A DNA stretch of 21,440 nt from Leidyana gryllorum EB-2025a (taxonomy: Eukaryota > Protista > Apicomplexa), in contig JBLWGC010000139.1 in NCBI GenBank assembly GCA_048772705.1, forward strand, positions 1-21,440, read 5' to 3'. A program made the translations under genes and the position numbers. Shown here one piece after another: positions 9,083-18,282 of the stretch (its first letter is position 1; every line of letters begins with the position of its first letter). Under the pieces are notes generated by a model. It was given only the letters and a program-made list of their open reading frames with translations, was not told where the DNA came from and ran no database searches.

Positions 9083-12000
9083 CCCCTCCCTCTTCCCCTA
9101 GACTGAACGGGTTCCGTGGATATTTGTTGTTCCACTTGTGTTTGAATTCGGTTATCAAGTCCGCACCGTCTGCATCCAGTACTGTTTCAGCTGTCTCCCA
9201 ACTCTCGTCTTGATATCCCACCCATCGGACTCTGTAGTACAATTGGTTGCCCTCCTGTTTCCATCCCACAATGTCCTGCATGATGTAGAGAGTCTCTTCT
9301 TCGTTTGGCGTAGTGTCCGTCTCGTCTCGCGCTGAGTTGGTTTCGCCTTGTCGTGGGTACCACTTTTCCAGTCGTGACGAGTGGAATTTTGGGTACATTC
9401 CCCATGAGTCTGGCAGATCTAGCTTGTATGTGTCGCATCCACAGCTTTCCAGTATTGTAAATGGCCCGCAGAAAGGTAGGGCGAGTTTATTGGTGGGTAC
9501 GTGGCTCAACTGTTTCGTGCTCAGGAGCACTTGCTCTCCTGGCTGAAACGTTATTGGTTTCCTCTTCTTGTTCGCTTGTTCTTCTTGCTGTCGAATTGCC
9601 TCGTTCAATCGGTCGTGTGCTTCCTGTAACTTTTGGAGGTATACTCTGCCAAAGGTGCTCCTGGTTCCTGCAATGTCAGTGAGGTTGGTAGGTATGAAAG
9701 TGACTCTGCCTGTATCTAATTCCAGTGGTGTAGCGTTCGTTGATTTCTGTACCGATGCGTTGTAAGCCATCTCCGTGGCTGTGAGGTGGTCCACCCACGA
9801 TCCTTGATGTCCATTGAGTGTACACCGCAAAATCTGCAGTATTGAGCGATTCGCCCTTTCTACCAATCCGTTGGATTGTGGGTGGTATGCAGTGGTCATG
9901 GCTAAGTTGATGCCCAGTGCTTGCATGGTCTCCTTCCATATTCCTGCTGTGAACCGCGCATCTCTGTCGGAAACTATTTTCTGGGGTACTCCATGTACTT
10001 GGACGATATTCCGTAGGAATAGCTGTGCCGCTTCCGCGGCTGTGATGTCTTTCCGGCAGGCTATCAGTCTGATGCGGCGAGTTAAGCGGTCCACTACTAC
10101 CATTACGTAGTTGTATCCTGTTTGTCCATCTGTTGTCAGCTCTAGGAAGTCGATTCCTATTTCCGTCCAAGGCAAGATTGGGTTGCTCAAAGGGTTCAGT
10201 AGTCCATGGGGCCGATGGTTTCTCCTTTTTGCTCTTTGGCAAACCGTACAACTCTTGCAGTACGCCAGTACATCTGCCAACAAGCCTCTCCATGTGAACA
10301 ATGCTTTTATTCTCCCTGCCGTCTTCTCCGGTCCTAAATGACCCGCAATTCGACTGTCATGGTTGTCGCTTATGATCCGCCGTATAAGTGCTTCGTCCGA
10401 TGGCACTTCAATCGTTCCTTGTCCCGTGACGGGTAATCCTTGTATCCATTCGATCCGCTCGTTCCTTCCTGCTTCTGTGGTTCGCGTTCTCCATGCGTCT
10501 CGCAGTGCCGTTTCTATATCCTCCCTCTCTTCCTCTATCGTTTGTTGGTTCCCTCGCTCTTCTTCTCCGCTCTCATTCTGATCGCCCTGGTAAACGTTAT
10601 AGCAATTTTCGACTCGTGGATTATCCAGCTTTCTTGGCCGGCTAAGGAGGTCCGCTATAATGTTCTTGCTCCCACGGATGTATTCGATTTCCACGTCTAG
10701 TTCGGCCAAAGTTATCATCCATCTTACCTGTCGGTCCGACAAGTGTGGTTGTTTTAACAGGTGCGTTAGAGGTTTGTGGTCGCTGCATATTAGGGTGTGT
10801 CTTCCCACGAGGAGATGTCTCCAATGCCTGCATGCTGCTACAATGGCGAGCAGTTCTCGTTCATGAGTGGCATATCTTCTTTGTTGTTCTGTGAGCGTTT
10901 GTGAGTAGAATTCGATTGGGCATAAGCCATCTGAGGTTCGTTGTTGAATCACCGCTCCTATTGCCACGGTACTGGCATCCGTGTGCATTATAATCTCATT
11001 ATTCAGGGGGTCGGGGAATCGTAGTCGCCCGGCGTTCCGCAACTCTGCTTTAAGAGTCTCCAGTGCTATCGCTGACTCCCCCGTCGGGACCACCTTTTCA
11101 TGTGGTTTGCTTCTGCCGTGTCCGAGTTCATATAATGGTTTCGCCGTATGTGCAAAATTTTTGATAAATCTCCTATAATAATTAAACATCCCCAGAACGC
11201 TCTGTAGTTCTCTAAGTGTTGTCGGGTGCTGTATGGTACTGAGTGCATCGACCTTCGATGGTAAGGGTTTTATACCTCCTTTTCCTATAATATGTCCTAT
11301 GTATTCCAGTTGGCTCTTGAAGAAGTGTGATTTGCGTCGGTGAATGATCAGGTGATTTGCTTGTAGCCGTTGAAATACTTCTTTCAGGTCTCGACGATGT
11401 TGTTCCAAGGACGGTGAAAAGATCAAAACATCATCCAGGTAAACAAAGACGCATTTTCCAATTAACTCGTGGAATACCCGGTTCATCAGGCTCATGAATG
11501 TAGCGGGTGCGTTCGTAAGGCCATTGGGCATCACCGTCCACTCGTAAAGCCCCCAGTGTGTCGCGAATGCGGTGTAATGTTGGTGTTCCGGCTGCATCCG
11601 AATCTGGTGGTATCCTGCTTTGAGATCGAGTGACGATAACCATTCCGCTCCGCTCAGCATCTGTATTGCGTCGTCCAAGGATGGTAGTGGTGATGCTGTT
11701 TTCAAGGTGAGTGCATTCAACCGTCTGTAATCACACACTAGTCGTGGCACTTCGGTGTCTTTTTTAGGTACGAACATGCATGGCGAGGACCAGCTTGACA
11801 TGCTTTGAACGATCTTCCCTGTCCTAGTAAGTTCTGCAATCTGAACTCTCATCTCTTCCATGTACTTCTGTGGTACTCGGTACGGTCCGTGGACGAATGG
11901 TTGTGCTGCCTTGTCGTTGAGTGTGATTGCATGATCTATGCCTTCCCTTAGTGGTGGTAGTGGCGGTGTTTCTTCTAGCAAGTCTGCATATATGTTTATC

Positions 12001-12569
12001 AGTTCTGATTCCTCTTCGGGTATATCTATCGCTGTTTTCTTCGTTATCGGGTTCACTTGAGCCATGCTCATGGTGTTGAGTATCGGGTGCTCTCGTGTCG
12101 TGCTGTGTCGGTGTTCCGTCTGCCGTGACGTCGTAATCTGCCGGGCTTCGCCTCCAATCTGGAGTCGTCTGAAGTCCGTCGTTCCAATCACCAAGCCCAA
12201 TCGCGCAATCAATTTGGTTGGTATTATCACATCGAATGCTATGTCAGCTATGATTGCTGCTTCCACTATAAGAGTTTGTTCTTCATGCGTGATGATTCTG
12301 ATACTGGCCACTGTGCATTCGGTTGCTGTGTGTACCGATGTTATCCATATCGTCTCTGTTAATTTAGGTAGTTCCAATTGCTCCGCCACCTTTTTGTTGA
12401 CACAAGTCACACTGGCTCCCGTGTCTATCAGAATCGTTGCTCGTCGTGATCCGCGTCTATCGTTTGGGTGTTCAATGGTCCATTGTGTGGTGAGTATGTC
12501 GCTCGGCTGCTGGCTTTCCCATTCGGTGGCGTCGTCGCCAGTGACGCCTGGGGTTCTGTAAAATCCCGG
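9078..12569 (-). CDS. pol: Pol (protease, RT, RNase H, integrase, chromodomain), unit 1; probably made as a ~1518-aa Gag-Pol frameshift product
   Basis: Frame is open from 12569, after TAG at 12572-12570. Protease LIDTGAS (12431-12411) lies upstream of the ORF-track start. RT: LDLKAGYHQI, YLDD. RNase H: TDAS, ERELLAI, DHKPL, ADLLSR. Integrase: HHCC, D-D-E (IDF, SDRD, VERAN), GPF. Chromodomain YYRVRWVGY..ESWE. Confidence 0.97.
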   Translation of the reverse strand, partial: PGFYRTPGVTGDDATEWESQQPSDILTTQWTIEHPNDRRGSRRATILIDTGASVTCVNKKVAEQLELPKLTETIWITSVHTATECTVASIRIITHEEQTLIVEAAIIADIAFDVIIPTKLIARLGLVIGTTDFRRLQIGGEARQITTSRQTEHRHSTTREHPILNTMSMAQVNPITKKTAIDIPEEESELINIYADLLEETPPLPPLREGIDHAITLNDKAAQPFVHGPYRVPQKYMEEMRVQIAELTRTGKIVQSMSSWSSPCMFVPKKDTEVPRLVCDYRRLNALTLKTASPLPSLDDAIQMLSGAEWLSSLDLKAGYHQIRMQPEHQHYTAFATHWGLYEWTVMPNGLTNAPATFMSLMNRVFHELIGKCVFVYLDDVLIFSPSLEQHRRDLKEVFQRLQANHLIIHRRKSHFFKSQLEYIGHIIGKGGIKPLPSKVDALSTIQHPTTLRELQSVLGMFNYYRRFIKNFAHTAKPLYELGHGRSKPHEKVVPTGESAIALETLKAELRNAGRLRFPDPLNNEIIMHTDASTVAIGAVIQQRTSDGLCPIEFYSQTLTEQQRRYATHERELLAIVAACRHWRHLLVGRHTLICSDHKPLTHLLKQPHLSDRQVRWMITLAELDVEIEYIRGSKNIIADLLSRPRKLDNPRVENCYNVYQGDQNESGEEERGNQQTIEEEREDIETALRDAWRTRTTEAGRNERIEWIQGLPVTGQGTIEVPSDEALIRRIISDNHDSRIAGHLGPEKTAGRIKALFTWRGLLADVLAYCKSCTVCQRAKRRNHRPHGLLNPLSNPILPWTEIGIDFLELTTDGQTGYNYVMVVVDRLTRRIRLIACRKDITAAEAAQLFLRNIVQVHGVPQKIVSDRDARFTAGIWKETMQALGINLAMTTAYHPQSNGLVERANRSILQILRCTLNGHQGSWVDHLTATEMAYNASVQKSTNATPLELDTGRVTFIPTNLTDIAGTRSTFGRVYLQKLQEAHDRLNEAIRQQEEQANKKRKPITFQPGEQVLLSTKQLSHVPTNKLALPFCGPFTILESCGCDTYKLDLPDSWGMYPKFHSSRLEKWYPRQGETNSARDETDTTPNEEETLYIMQDIVGWKQEGNQLYYRVRWVGYQDESWETAETVLDADGADLITEFKHKWNNKYPRNPFSLGEEGGV
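9083..9099 (-). promoter_or_regulatory. Polypurine tract AGGGGAAGAGGGAGGGG, unit 1
   Basis: 17 purines directly abutting the TG of the 3' LTR. Confidence 0.92.
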
Positions 12570-13633
12570 CTAATTGTTGCGAAAACTTTGCGGGGTGGTT
12601 CGTTCCTTGATCTGTTTCGTTGACTATTGAGTGGTCTCTTGTCGTCGCGGGGTTGTGTGCATTTCCATGCGAGGTGTTCTGTGGACCCGCAGTTGAAGCA
12701 TCTGCGTTGTGTGACGCATTCCGCGTGCGTGTATTGGCACCTGTGCCCGACTCTGCCACCGTTGCTTGCCTGTGTGTGTAGCACGTGTGTGCTTCTCTGT
12801 GGTACTTTGATATCTGTTGCGGCTGCGTATTGAAGCGCTCTAAGACACATCGATTCCAGGTCCGTTCCGATATGTGCTGACATCGCTATCCGGTCTGTCA
12901 TTGGAAGCCCTTGAAGGAAGAAGTTCACTCGTGTAGAGTTTGGTATGGAATCCGGGATTCCCAAGTTCAACGCCTTAAACTCAGTAACATATGTTGCCAT
13001 CGTGCCCGTTTTCTTGATTTGCGTCATTCGTGTGAGATCGTCCTCTATAACCGCCAGTGCATCGAATTGCATACGTAACTTCTGTGTGAAGTTGTGCCAT
13101 GATCCCGTCAAGACTTCCGGGTTGCTCAGCAGCCACCGTCCGGCGACTCCCGTGAGCATTGCGCATGCTGTTCGTACTTTTTGAGTATCGTTTTGGATTC
13201 CATATGTAAGGAATCTAGCTGAACATCCGTCCAGCCAATCACGGACTGACTTGCTTCCGTCAAAGTGGTCTTGTTTTCGAAGCACTTCCGTCATGACTGT
13301 GCTGTTCATTGATGGGCCTTTGTGCGCCTGTCCTTGCACTAGTTCTTCGTTGGGTTTCGATGATCTTCCCTGTTGGCCTACGACCTGTTGAATGAATTCT
13401 GTCAACACTGTTAGTTGTTCCGCCTTCGTCATCCCTTCCGTTGTAATTGGGCTGTCCCGGTTGTGATCGAATCGCTTCGATTTGGGCGTTCCGTCAATCA
13501 TCACGGTGGCTTCTGTCGTCCGTCCTCCTGGTTGTGCCGTGGGGTGCTTGATGAACGCACTGCTACCAATGTAGCCTTGCTCGGCGCTACCTGCTAGGGT
13601 CGGTTGCACTGCTCGGCCGCTTCGTAAGTCCAT
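12428..13633 (-). CDS. gag: Gag, 401 aa, unit 1
   Basis: Retrotransposon-gag-like segment (WHNFTQKLRMQF...YVTEFKAL) and CCHC knuckle CFNCGSTEHLAWKC. The ATG lies inside the LTR. Confidence 0.95.
   Translation of the reverse strand: MDLRSGRAVQPTLAGSAEQGYIGSSAFIKHPTAQPGGRTTEATVMIDGTPKSKRFDHNRDSPITTEGMTKAEQLTVLTEFIQQVVGQQGRSSKPNEELVQGQAHKGPSMNSTVMTEVLRKQDHFDGSKSVRDWLDGCSARFLTYGIQNDTQKVRTACAMLTGVAGRWLLSNPEVLTGSWHNFTQKLRMQFDALAVIEDDLTRMTQIKKTGTMATYVTEFKALNLGIPDSIPNSTRVNFFLQGLPMTDRIAMSAHIGTDLESMCLRALQYAAATDIKVPQRSTHVLHTQASNGGRVGHRCQYTHAECVTQRRCFNCGSTEHLAWKCTQPRDDKRPLNSQRNRSRNEPPRKVFATISRDFTEPQASLATTPPNGKASSRATYSPHNGPLNTQTIDADHDEQRF
12510..12566 (-). promoter_or_regulatory. Predicted -1 ribosomal frameshift signal, unit 1
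   Basis: G_GAT_TTT (12566-12560) is phased in the gag frame and one codon after the pol-frame stop; downstream GGCGTC/GACGCC stem. Confidence 0.8.
13560..13568 (-). promoter_or_regulatory. Primer-binding site TGGTAGCAG, probably initiator tRNA-Met, unit 1
   Basis: Starts 1 nt after the LTR end with TGG; complementary to the ...CUGCUACCA 3' end found in many eukaryotic initiator tRNA-Met. Confidence 0.8.
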
Positions 13634-13731
13634 CTGTTTTTTGTTCTAGTCTAAGTTCGTGCGTGTGTCCAAAAACTCGTGTCTGTGTCTCCATGCCGGT
13701 CCGTGCCGGTCTCCCCGGAGACACGCTTACA
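13570..13731 (-). repeat. Shared middle LTR of family A (162 bp)
   Basis: Matches 8921-9082. PPT of the upstream unit on one side and PBS of the downstream unit on the other. Confidence 0.97.
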
Positions 13732-16700
13732 CCCCTCCCTCTTCCCCTAGACTGAACGGGTTCCGTGGATATTTGTTGTTCCACTTGTGTTTGAATTCGG
13801 TTATCAAGTCCGCACCGTCTGCATCCAGTACTGTTTCAGCTGTCTCCCAACTCTCGTCTTGATATCCCACCCATCGGACTCTGTAGTACAATTGGTTGCC
13901 CTCCTGTTTCCATCCCACAATGTCCTGCATGATGTAGAGAGTCTCTTCTTCGTTTGGCGTAGTGTCCGTCTCGTCTCGCGCTGAGTTGGTTTCGCCTTGT
14001 CGTGGGTACCACTTTTCCAGTCGTGACGAGTGGAATTTTGGGTACATTCCCCATGAGTCTGGCAGATCTAGCTTGTATGTGTCGCATCCACAGCTTTCCA
14101 GTATTGTAAATGGCCCGCAGAAAGGTAGGGCGAGTTTATTGGTGGGTACGTGGCTCAACTGTTTCGTGCTCAGGAGCACTTGCTCTCCTGGCTGAAACGT
14201 TATTGGTTTCCTCTTCTTGTTCGCTTGTTCTTCTTGCTGTCGAATTGCCTCGTTCAATCGGTCGTGTGCTTCCTGTAACTTTTGGAGGTATACTCTGCCA
14301 AAGGTGCTCCTGGTTCCTGCAATGTCAGTGAGGTTGGTAGGTATGAAAGTGACTCTGCCTGTATCTAATTCCAGTGGTGTAGCGTTCGTTGATTTCTGTA
14401 CCGATGCGTTGTAAGCCATCTCCGTGGCTGTGAGGTGGTCCACCCACGATCCTTGATGTCCATTGAGTGTACACCGCAAAATCTGCAGTATTGAGCGATT
14501 CGCCCTTTCTACCAATCCGTTGGATTGTGGGTGGTATGCAGTGGTCATGGCTAAGTTGATGCCCAGTGCTTGCATGGTCTCCTTCCATATTCCTGCTGTG
14601 AACCGCGCATCTCTGTCGGAAACTATTTTCTGGGGTACTCCATGTACTTGGACGATATTCCGTAGGAATAGCTGTGCCGCTTCCGCGGCTGTGATGTCTT
14701 TCCGGCAGGCTATCAGTCTGATGCGGCGAGTTAAGCGGTCCACTACTACCATTACGTAGTTGTATCCTGTTTGTCCATCTGTTGTCAGCTCTAGGAAGTC
14801 GATTCCTATTTCCGTCCAAGGCAAGATTGGGTTGCTCAAAGGGTTCAGTAGTCCATGGGGCCGATGGTTTCTCCTTTTTGCTCTTTGGCAAACCGTACAA
14901 CTCTTGCAGTACGCCAGTACATCTGCCAACAAGCCTCTCCATGTGAACAATGCTTTTATTCTCCCTGCCGTCTTCTCCGGTCCTAAATGACCCGCAATTC
15001 GACTGTCATGGTTGTCGCTTATGATCCGCCGTATAAGTGCTTCGTCCGATGGCACTTCAATCGTTCCTTGTCCCGTGACGGGTAATCCTTGTATCCATTC
15101 GATCCGCTCGTTCCTTCCTGCTTCTGTGGTTCGCGTTCTCCATGCGTCTCGCAGTGCCGTTTCTATATCCTCCCTCTCTTCCTCTATCGTTTGTTGGTTC
15201 CCTCGCTCTTCTTCTCCGCTCTCATTCTGATCGCCCTGGTAAACGTTATAGCAATTTTCGACTCGTGGATTATCCAGCTTTCTTGGCCGGCTAAGGAGGT
15301 CCGCTATAATGTTCTTGCTCCCACGGATGTATTCGATTTCCACGTCTAGTTCGGCCAAAGTTATCATCCATCTTACCTGTCGGTCCGACAAGTGTGGTTG
15401 TTTTAACAGGTGCGTTAGAGGTTTGTGGTCGCTGCATATTAGGGTGTGTCTTCCCACGAGGAGATGTCTCCAATGCCTGCATGCTGCTACAATGGCGAGC
15501 AGTTCTCGTTCATGAGTGGCATATCTTCTTTGTTGTTCTGTGAGCGTTTGTGAGTAGAATTCGATTGGGCATAAGCCATCTGAGGTTCGTTGTTGAATCA
15601 CCGCTCCTATTGCCACGGTACTGGCATCCGTGTGCATTATAATCTCATTATTCAGGGGGTCGGGGAATCGTAGTCGCCCGGCGTTCCGCAACTCTGCTTT
15701 AAGAGTCTCCAGTGCTATCGCTGACTCCCCCGTCGGGACCACCTTTTCATGTGGTTTGCTTCTGCCGTGTCCGAGTTCATATAATGGTTTCGCCGTATGT
15801 GCAAAATTTTTGATAAATCTCCTATAATAATTAAACATCCCCAGAACGCTCTGTAGTTCTCTAAGTGTTGTCGGGTGCTGTATGGTACTGAGTGCATCGA
15901 CCTTCGATGGTAAGGGTTTTATACCTCCTTTTCCTATAATATGTCCTATGTATTCCAGTTGGCTCTTGAAGAAGTGTGATTTGCGTCGGTGAATGATCAG
16001 GTGATTTGCTTGTAGCCGTTGAAATACTTCTTTCAGGTCTCGACGATGTTGTTCCAAGGACGGTGAAAAGATCAAAACATCATCCAGGTAAACAAAGACG
16101 CATTTTCCAATTAACTCGTGGAATACCCGGTTCATCAGGCTCATGAATGTAGCGGGTGCGTTCGTAAGGCCATTGGGCATCACCGTCCACTCGTAAAGCC
16201 CCCAGTGTGTCGCGAATGCGGTGTAATGTTGGTGTTCCGGCTGCATCCGAATCTGGTGGTATCCTGCTTTGAGATCGAGTGACGATAACCATTCCGCTCC
16301 GCTCAGCATCTGTATTGCGTCGTCCAAGGATGGTAGTGGTGATGCTGTTTTCAAGGTGAGTGCATTCAACCGTCTGTAATCACACACTAGTCGTGGCACT
16401 TCGGTGTCTTTTTTAGGTACGAACATGCATGGCGAGGACCAGCTTGACATGCTTTGAACGATCTTCCCTGTCCTAGTAAGTTCTGCAATCTGAACTCTCA
16501 TCTCTTCCATGTACTTCTGTGGTACTCGGTACGGTCCGTGGACGAATGGTTGTGCTGCCTTGTCGTTGAGTGTGATTGCATGATCTATGCCTTCCCTTAG
16601 TGGTGGTAGTGGCGGTGTTTCTTCTAGCAAGTCTGCATATATGTTTATCAGTTCTGATTCCTCTTCGGGTATATCTATCGCTGTTTTCTTCGTTATCGGG

Positions 16701-17218
16701 TTCACTTGAGCCATGCTCATGGTGTTGAGTATCGGGTGCTCTCGTGTCGTGCTGTGTCGGTGTTCCGTCTGCCGTGACGTCGTAATCTGCCGGGCTTCGC
16801 CTCCAATCTGGAGTCGTCTGAAGTCCGTCGTTCCAATCACCAAGCCCAATCGCGCAATCAATTTGGTTGGTATTATCACATCGAATGCTATGTCAGCTAT
16901 GATTGCTGCTTCCACTATAAGAGTTTGTTCTTCATGCGTGATGATTCTGATACTGGCCACTGTGCATTCGGTTGCTGTGTGTACCGATGTTATCCATATC
17001 GTCTCTGTTAATTTAGGTAGTTCCAATTGCTCCGCCACCTTTTTGTTGACACAAGTCACACTGGCTCCCGTGTCTATCAGAATCGTTGCTCGTCGTGATC
17101 CGCGTCTATCGTTTGGGTGTTCAATGGTCCATTGTGTGGTGAGTATGTCGCTCGGCTGCTGGCTTTCCCATTCGGTGGCGTCGTCGCCAGTGACGCCTGG
17201 GGTTCTGTAAAATCCCGG
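13727..17218 (-). CDS. pol: Pol, unit 2
   Basis: Translation identical to unit 1, offset 4649 bp. Confidence 0.97.
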   Translation of the reverse strand, partial: PGFYRTPGVTGDDATEWESQQPSDILTTQWTIEHPNDRRGSRRATILIDTGASVTCVNKKVAEQLELPKLTETIWITSVHTATECTVASIRIITHEEQTLIVEAAIIADIAFDVIIPTKLIARLGLVIGTTDFRRLQIGGEARQITTSRQTEHRHSTTREHPILNTMSMAQVNPITKKTAIDIPEEESELINIYADLLEETPPLPPLREGIDHAITLNDKAAQPFVHGPYRVPQKYMEEMRVQIAELTRTGKIVQSMSSWSSPCMFVPKKDTEVPRLVCDYRRLNALTLKTASPLPSLDDAIQMLSGAEWLSSLDLKAGYHQIRMQPEHQHYTAFATHWGLYEWTVMPNGLTNAPATFMSLMNRVFHELIGKCVFVYLDDVLIFSPSLEQHRRDLKEVFQRLQANHLIIHRRKSHFFKSQLEYIGHIIGKGGIKPLPSKVDALSTIQHPTTLRELQSVLGMFNYYRRFIKNFAHTAKPLYELGHGRSKPHEKVVPTGESAIALETLKAELRNAGRLRFPDPLNNEIIMHTDASTVAIGAVIQQRTSDGLCPIEFYSQTLTEQQRRYATHERELLAIVAACRHWRHLLVGRHTLICSDHKPLTHLLKQPHLSDRQVRWMITLAELDVEIEYIRGSKNIIADLLSRPRKLDNPRVENCYNVYQGDQNESGEEERGNQQTIEEEREDIETALRDAWRTRTTEAGRNERIEWIQGLPVTGQGTIEVPSDEALIRRIISDNHDSRIAGHLGPEKTAGRIKALFTWRGLLADVLAYCKSCTVCQRAKRRNHRPHGLLNPLSNPILPWTEIGIDFLELTTDGQTGYNYVMVVVDRLTRRIRLIACRKDITAAEAAQLFLRNIVQVHGVPQKIVSDRDARFTAGIWKETMQALGINLAMTTAYHPQSNGLVERANRSILQILRCTLNGHQGSWVDHLTATEMAYNASVQKSTNATPLELDTGRVTFIPTNLTDIAGTRSTFGRVYLQKLQEAHDRLNEAIRQQEEQANKKRKPITFQPGEQVLLSTKQLSHVPTNKLALPFCGPFTILESCGCDTYKLDLPDSWGMYPKFHSSRLEKWYPRQGETNSARDETDTTPNEEETLYIMQDIVGWKQEGNQLYYRVRWVGYQDESWETAETVLDADGADLITEFKHKWNNKYPRNPFSLGEEGGV
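13732..13748 (-). promoter_or_regulatory. Polypurine tract, unit 2
   Basis: Same tract abutting the middle LTR. Confidence 0.92.
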
Positions 17219-18282
17219 CTAATTGTTGCGAAAACTTTGCGGGGTGGTTCGTTCCTTGATCTGTTTCGTTGACTATTGAGTGGTCTCTTGTCGTCGCGGG
17301 GTTGTGTGCATTTCCATGCGAGGTGTTCTGTGGACCCGCAGTTGAAGCATCTGCGTTGTGTGACGCATTCCGCGTGCGTGTATTGGCACCTGTGCCCGAC
17401 TCTGCCACCGTTGCTTGCCTGTGTGTGTAGCACGTGTGTGCTTCTCTGTGGTACTTTGATATCTGTTGCGGCTGCGTATTGAAGCGCTCTAAGACACATC
17501 GATTCCAGGTCCGTTCCGATATGTGCTGACATCGCTATCCGGTCTGTCATTGGAAGCCCTTGAAGGAAGAAGTTCACTCGTGTAGAGTTTGGTATGGAAT
17601 CCGGGATTCCCAAGTTCAACGCCTTAAACTCAGTAACATATGTTGCCATCGTGCCCGTTTTCTTGATTTGCGTCATTCGTGTGAGATCGTCCTCTATAAC
17701 CGCCAGTGCATCGAATTGCATACGTAACTTCTGTGTGAAGTTGTGCCATGATCCCGTCAAGACTTCCGGGTTGCTCAGCAGCCACCGTCCGGCGACTCCC
17801 GTGAGCATTGCGCATGCTGTTCGTACTTTTTGAGTATCGTTTTGGATTCCATATGTAAGGAATCTAGCTGAACATCCGTCCAGCCAATCACGGACTGACT
17901 TGCTTCCGTCAAAGTGGTCTTGTTTTCGAAGCACTTCCGTCATGACTGTGCTGTTCATTGATGGGCCTTTGTGCGCCTGTCCTTGCACTAGTTCTTCGTT
18001 GGGTTTCGATGATCTTCCCTGTTGGCCTACGACCTGTTGAATGAATTCTGTCAACACTGTTAGTTGTTCCGCCTTCGTCATCCCTTCCGTTGTAATTGGG
18101 CTGTCCCGGTTGTGATCGAATCGCTTCGATTTGGGCGTTCCGTCAATCATCACGGTGGCTTCTGTCGTCCGTCCTCCTGGTTGTGCCGTGGGGTGCTTGA
18201 TGAACGCACTGCTACCAATGTAGCCTTGCTCGGCGCTACCTGCTAGGGTCGGTTGCACTGCTCGGCCGCTTCGTAAGTCCAT
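17077..18282 (-). CDS. gag: Gag, 401 aa, unit 2
   Basis: Translation identical to 12428-13633. Confidence 0.95.
   Translation of the reverse strand: MDLRSGRAVQPTLAGSAEQGYIGSSAFIKHPTAQPGGRTTEATVMIDGTPKSKRFDHNRDSPITTEGMTKAEQLTVLTEFIQQVVGQQGRSSKPNEELVQGQAHKGPSMNSTVMTEVLRKQDHFDGSKSVRDWLDGCSARFLTYGIQNDTQKVRTACAMLTGVAGRWLLSNPEVLTGSWHNFTQKLRMQFDALAVIEDDLTRMTQIKKTGTMATYVTEFKALNLGIPDSIPNSTRVNFFLQGLPMTDRIAMSAHIGTDLESMCLRALQYAAATDIKVPQRSTHVLHTQASNGGRVGHRCQYTHAECVTQRRCFNCGSTEHLAWKCTQPRDDKRPLNSQRNRSRNEPPRKVFATISRDFTEPQASLATTPPNGKASSRATYSPHNGPLNTQTIDADHDEQRF
17159..17215 (-). promoter_or_regulatory. Predicted -1 ribosomal frameshift signal, unit 2
   Basis: Identical copy of 12510-12566. Confidence 0.8.
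18209..18217 (-). promoter_or_regulatory. Primer-binding site, unit 2
   Basis: Same sequence and position relative to the 5' LTR. Confidence 0.8.

Noticed and set aside
9078-12410. Pol starting at GTG 12410 (and 17059) as given in the ORF track
   Set aside because: The protease catalytic motif LIDTGAS lies immediately upstream in the same open frame, so this start would omit it.
13560-13731. Tf1-type self-priming instead of tRNA priming
   Set aside because: I found no complement of the PBS in the LTR sense strand, and the PBS starts TGG and fits initiator tRNA-Met.
9138-18246. Many short antisense or alternate-frame ORFs within gag-pol
   Set aside because: Shadows of the coding frame, duplicated only because the unit is duplicated; no independent motifs.
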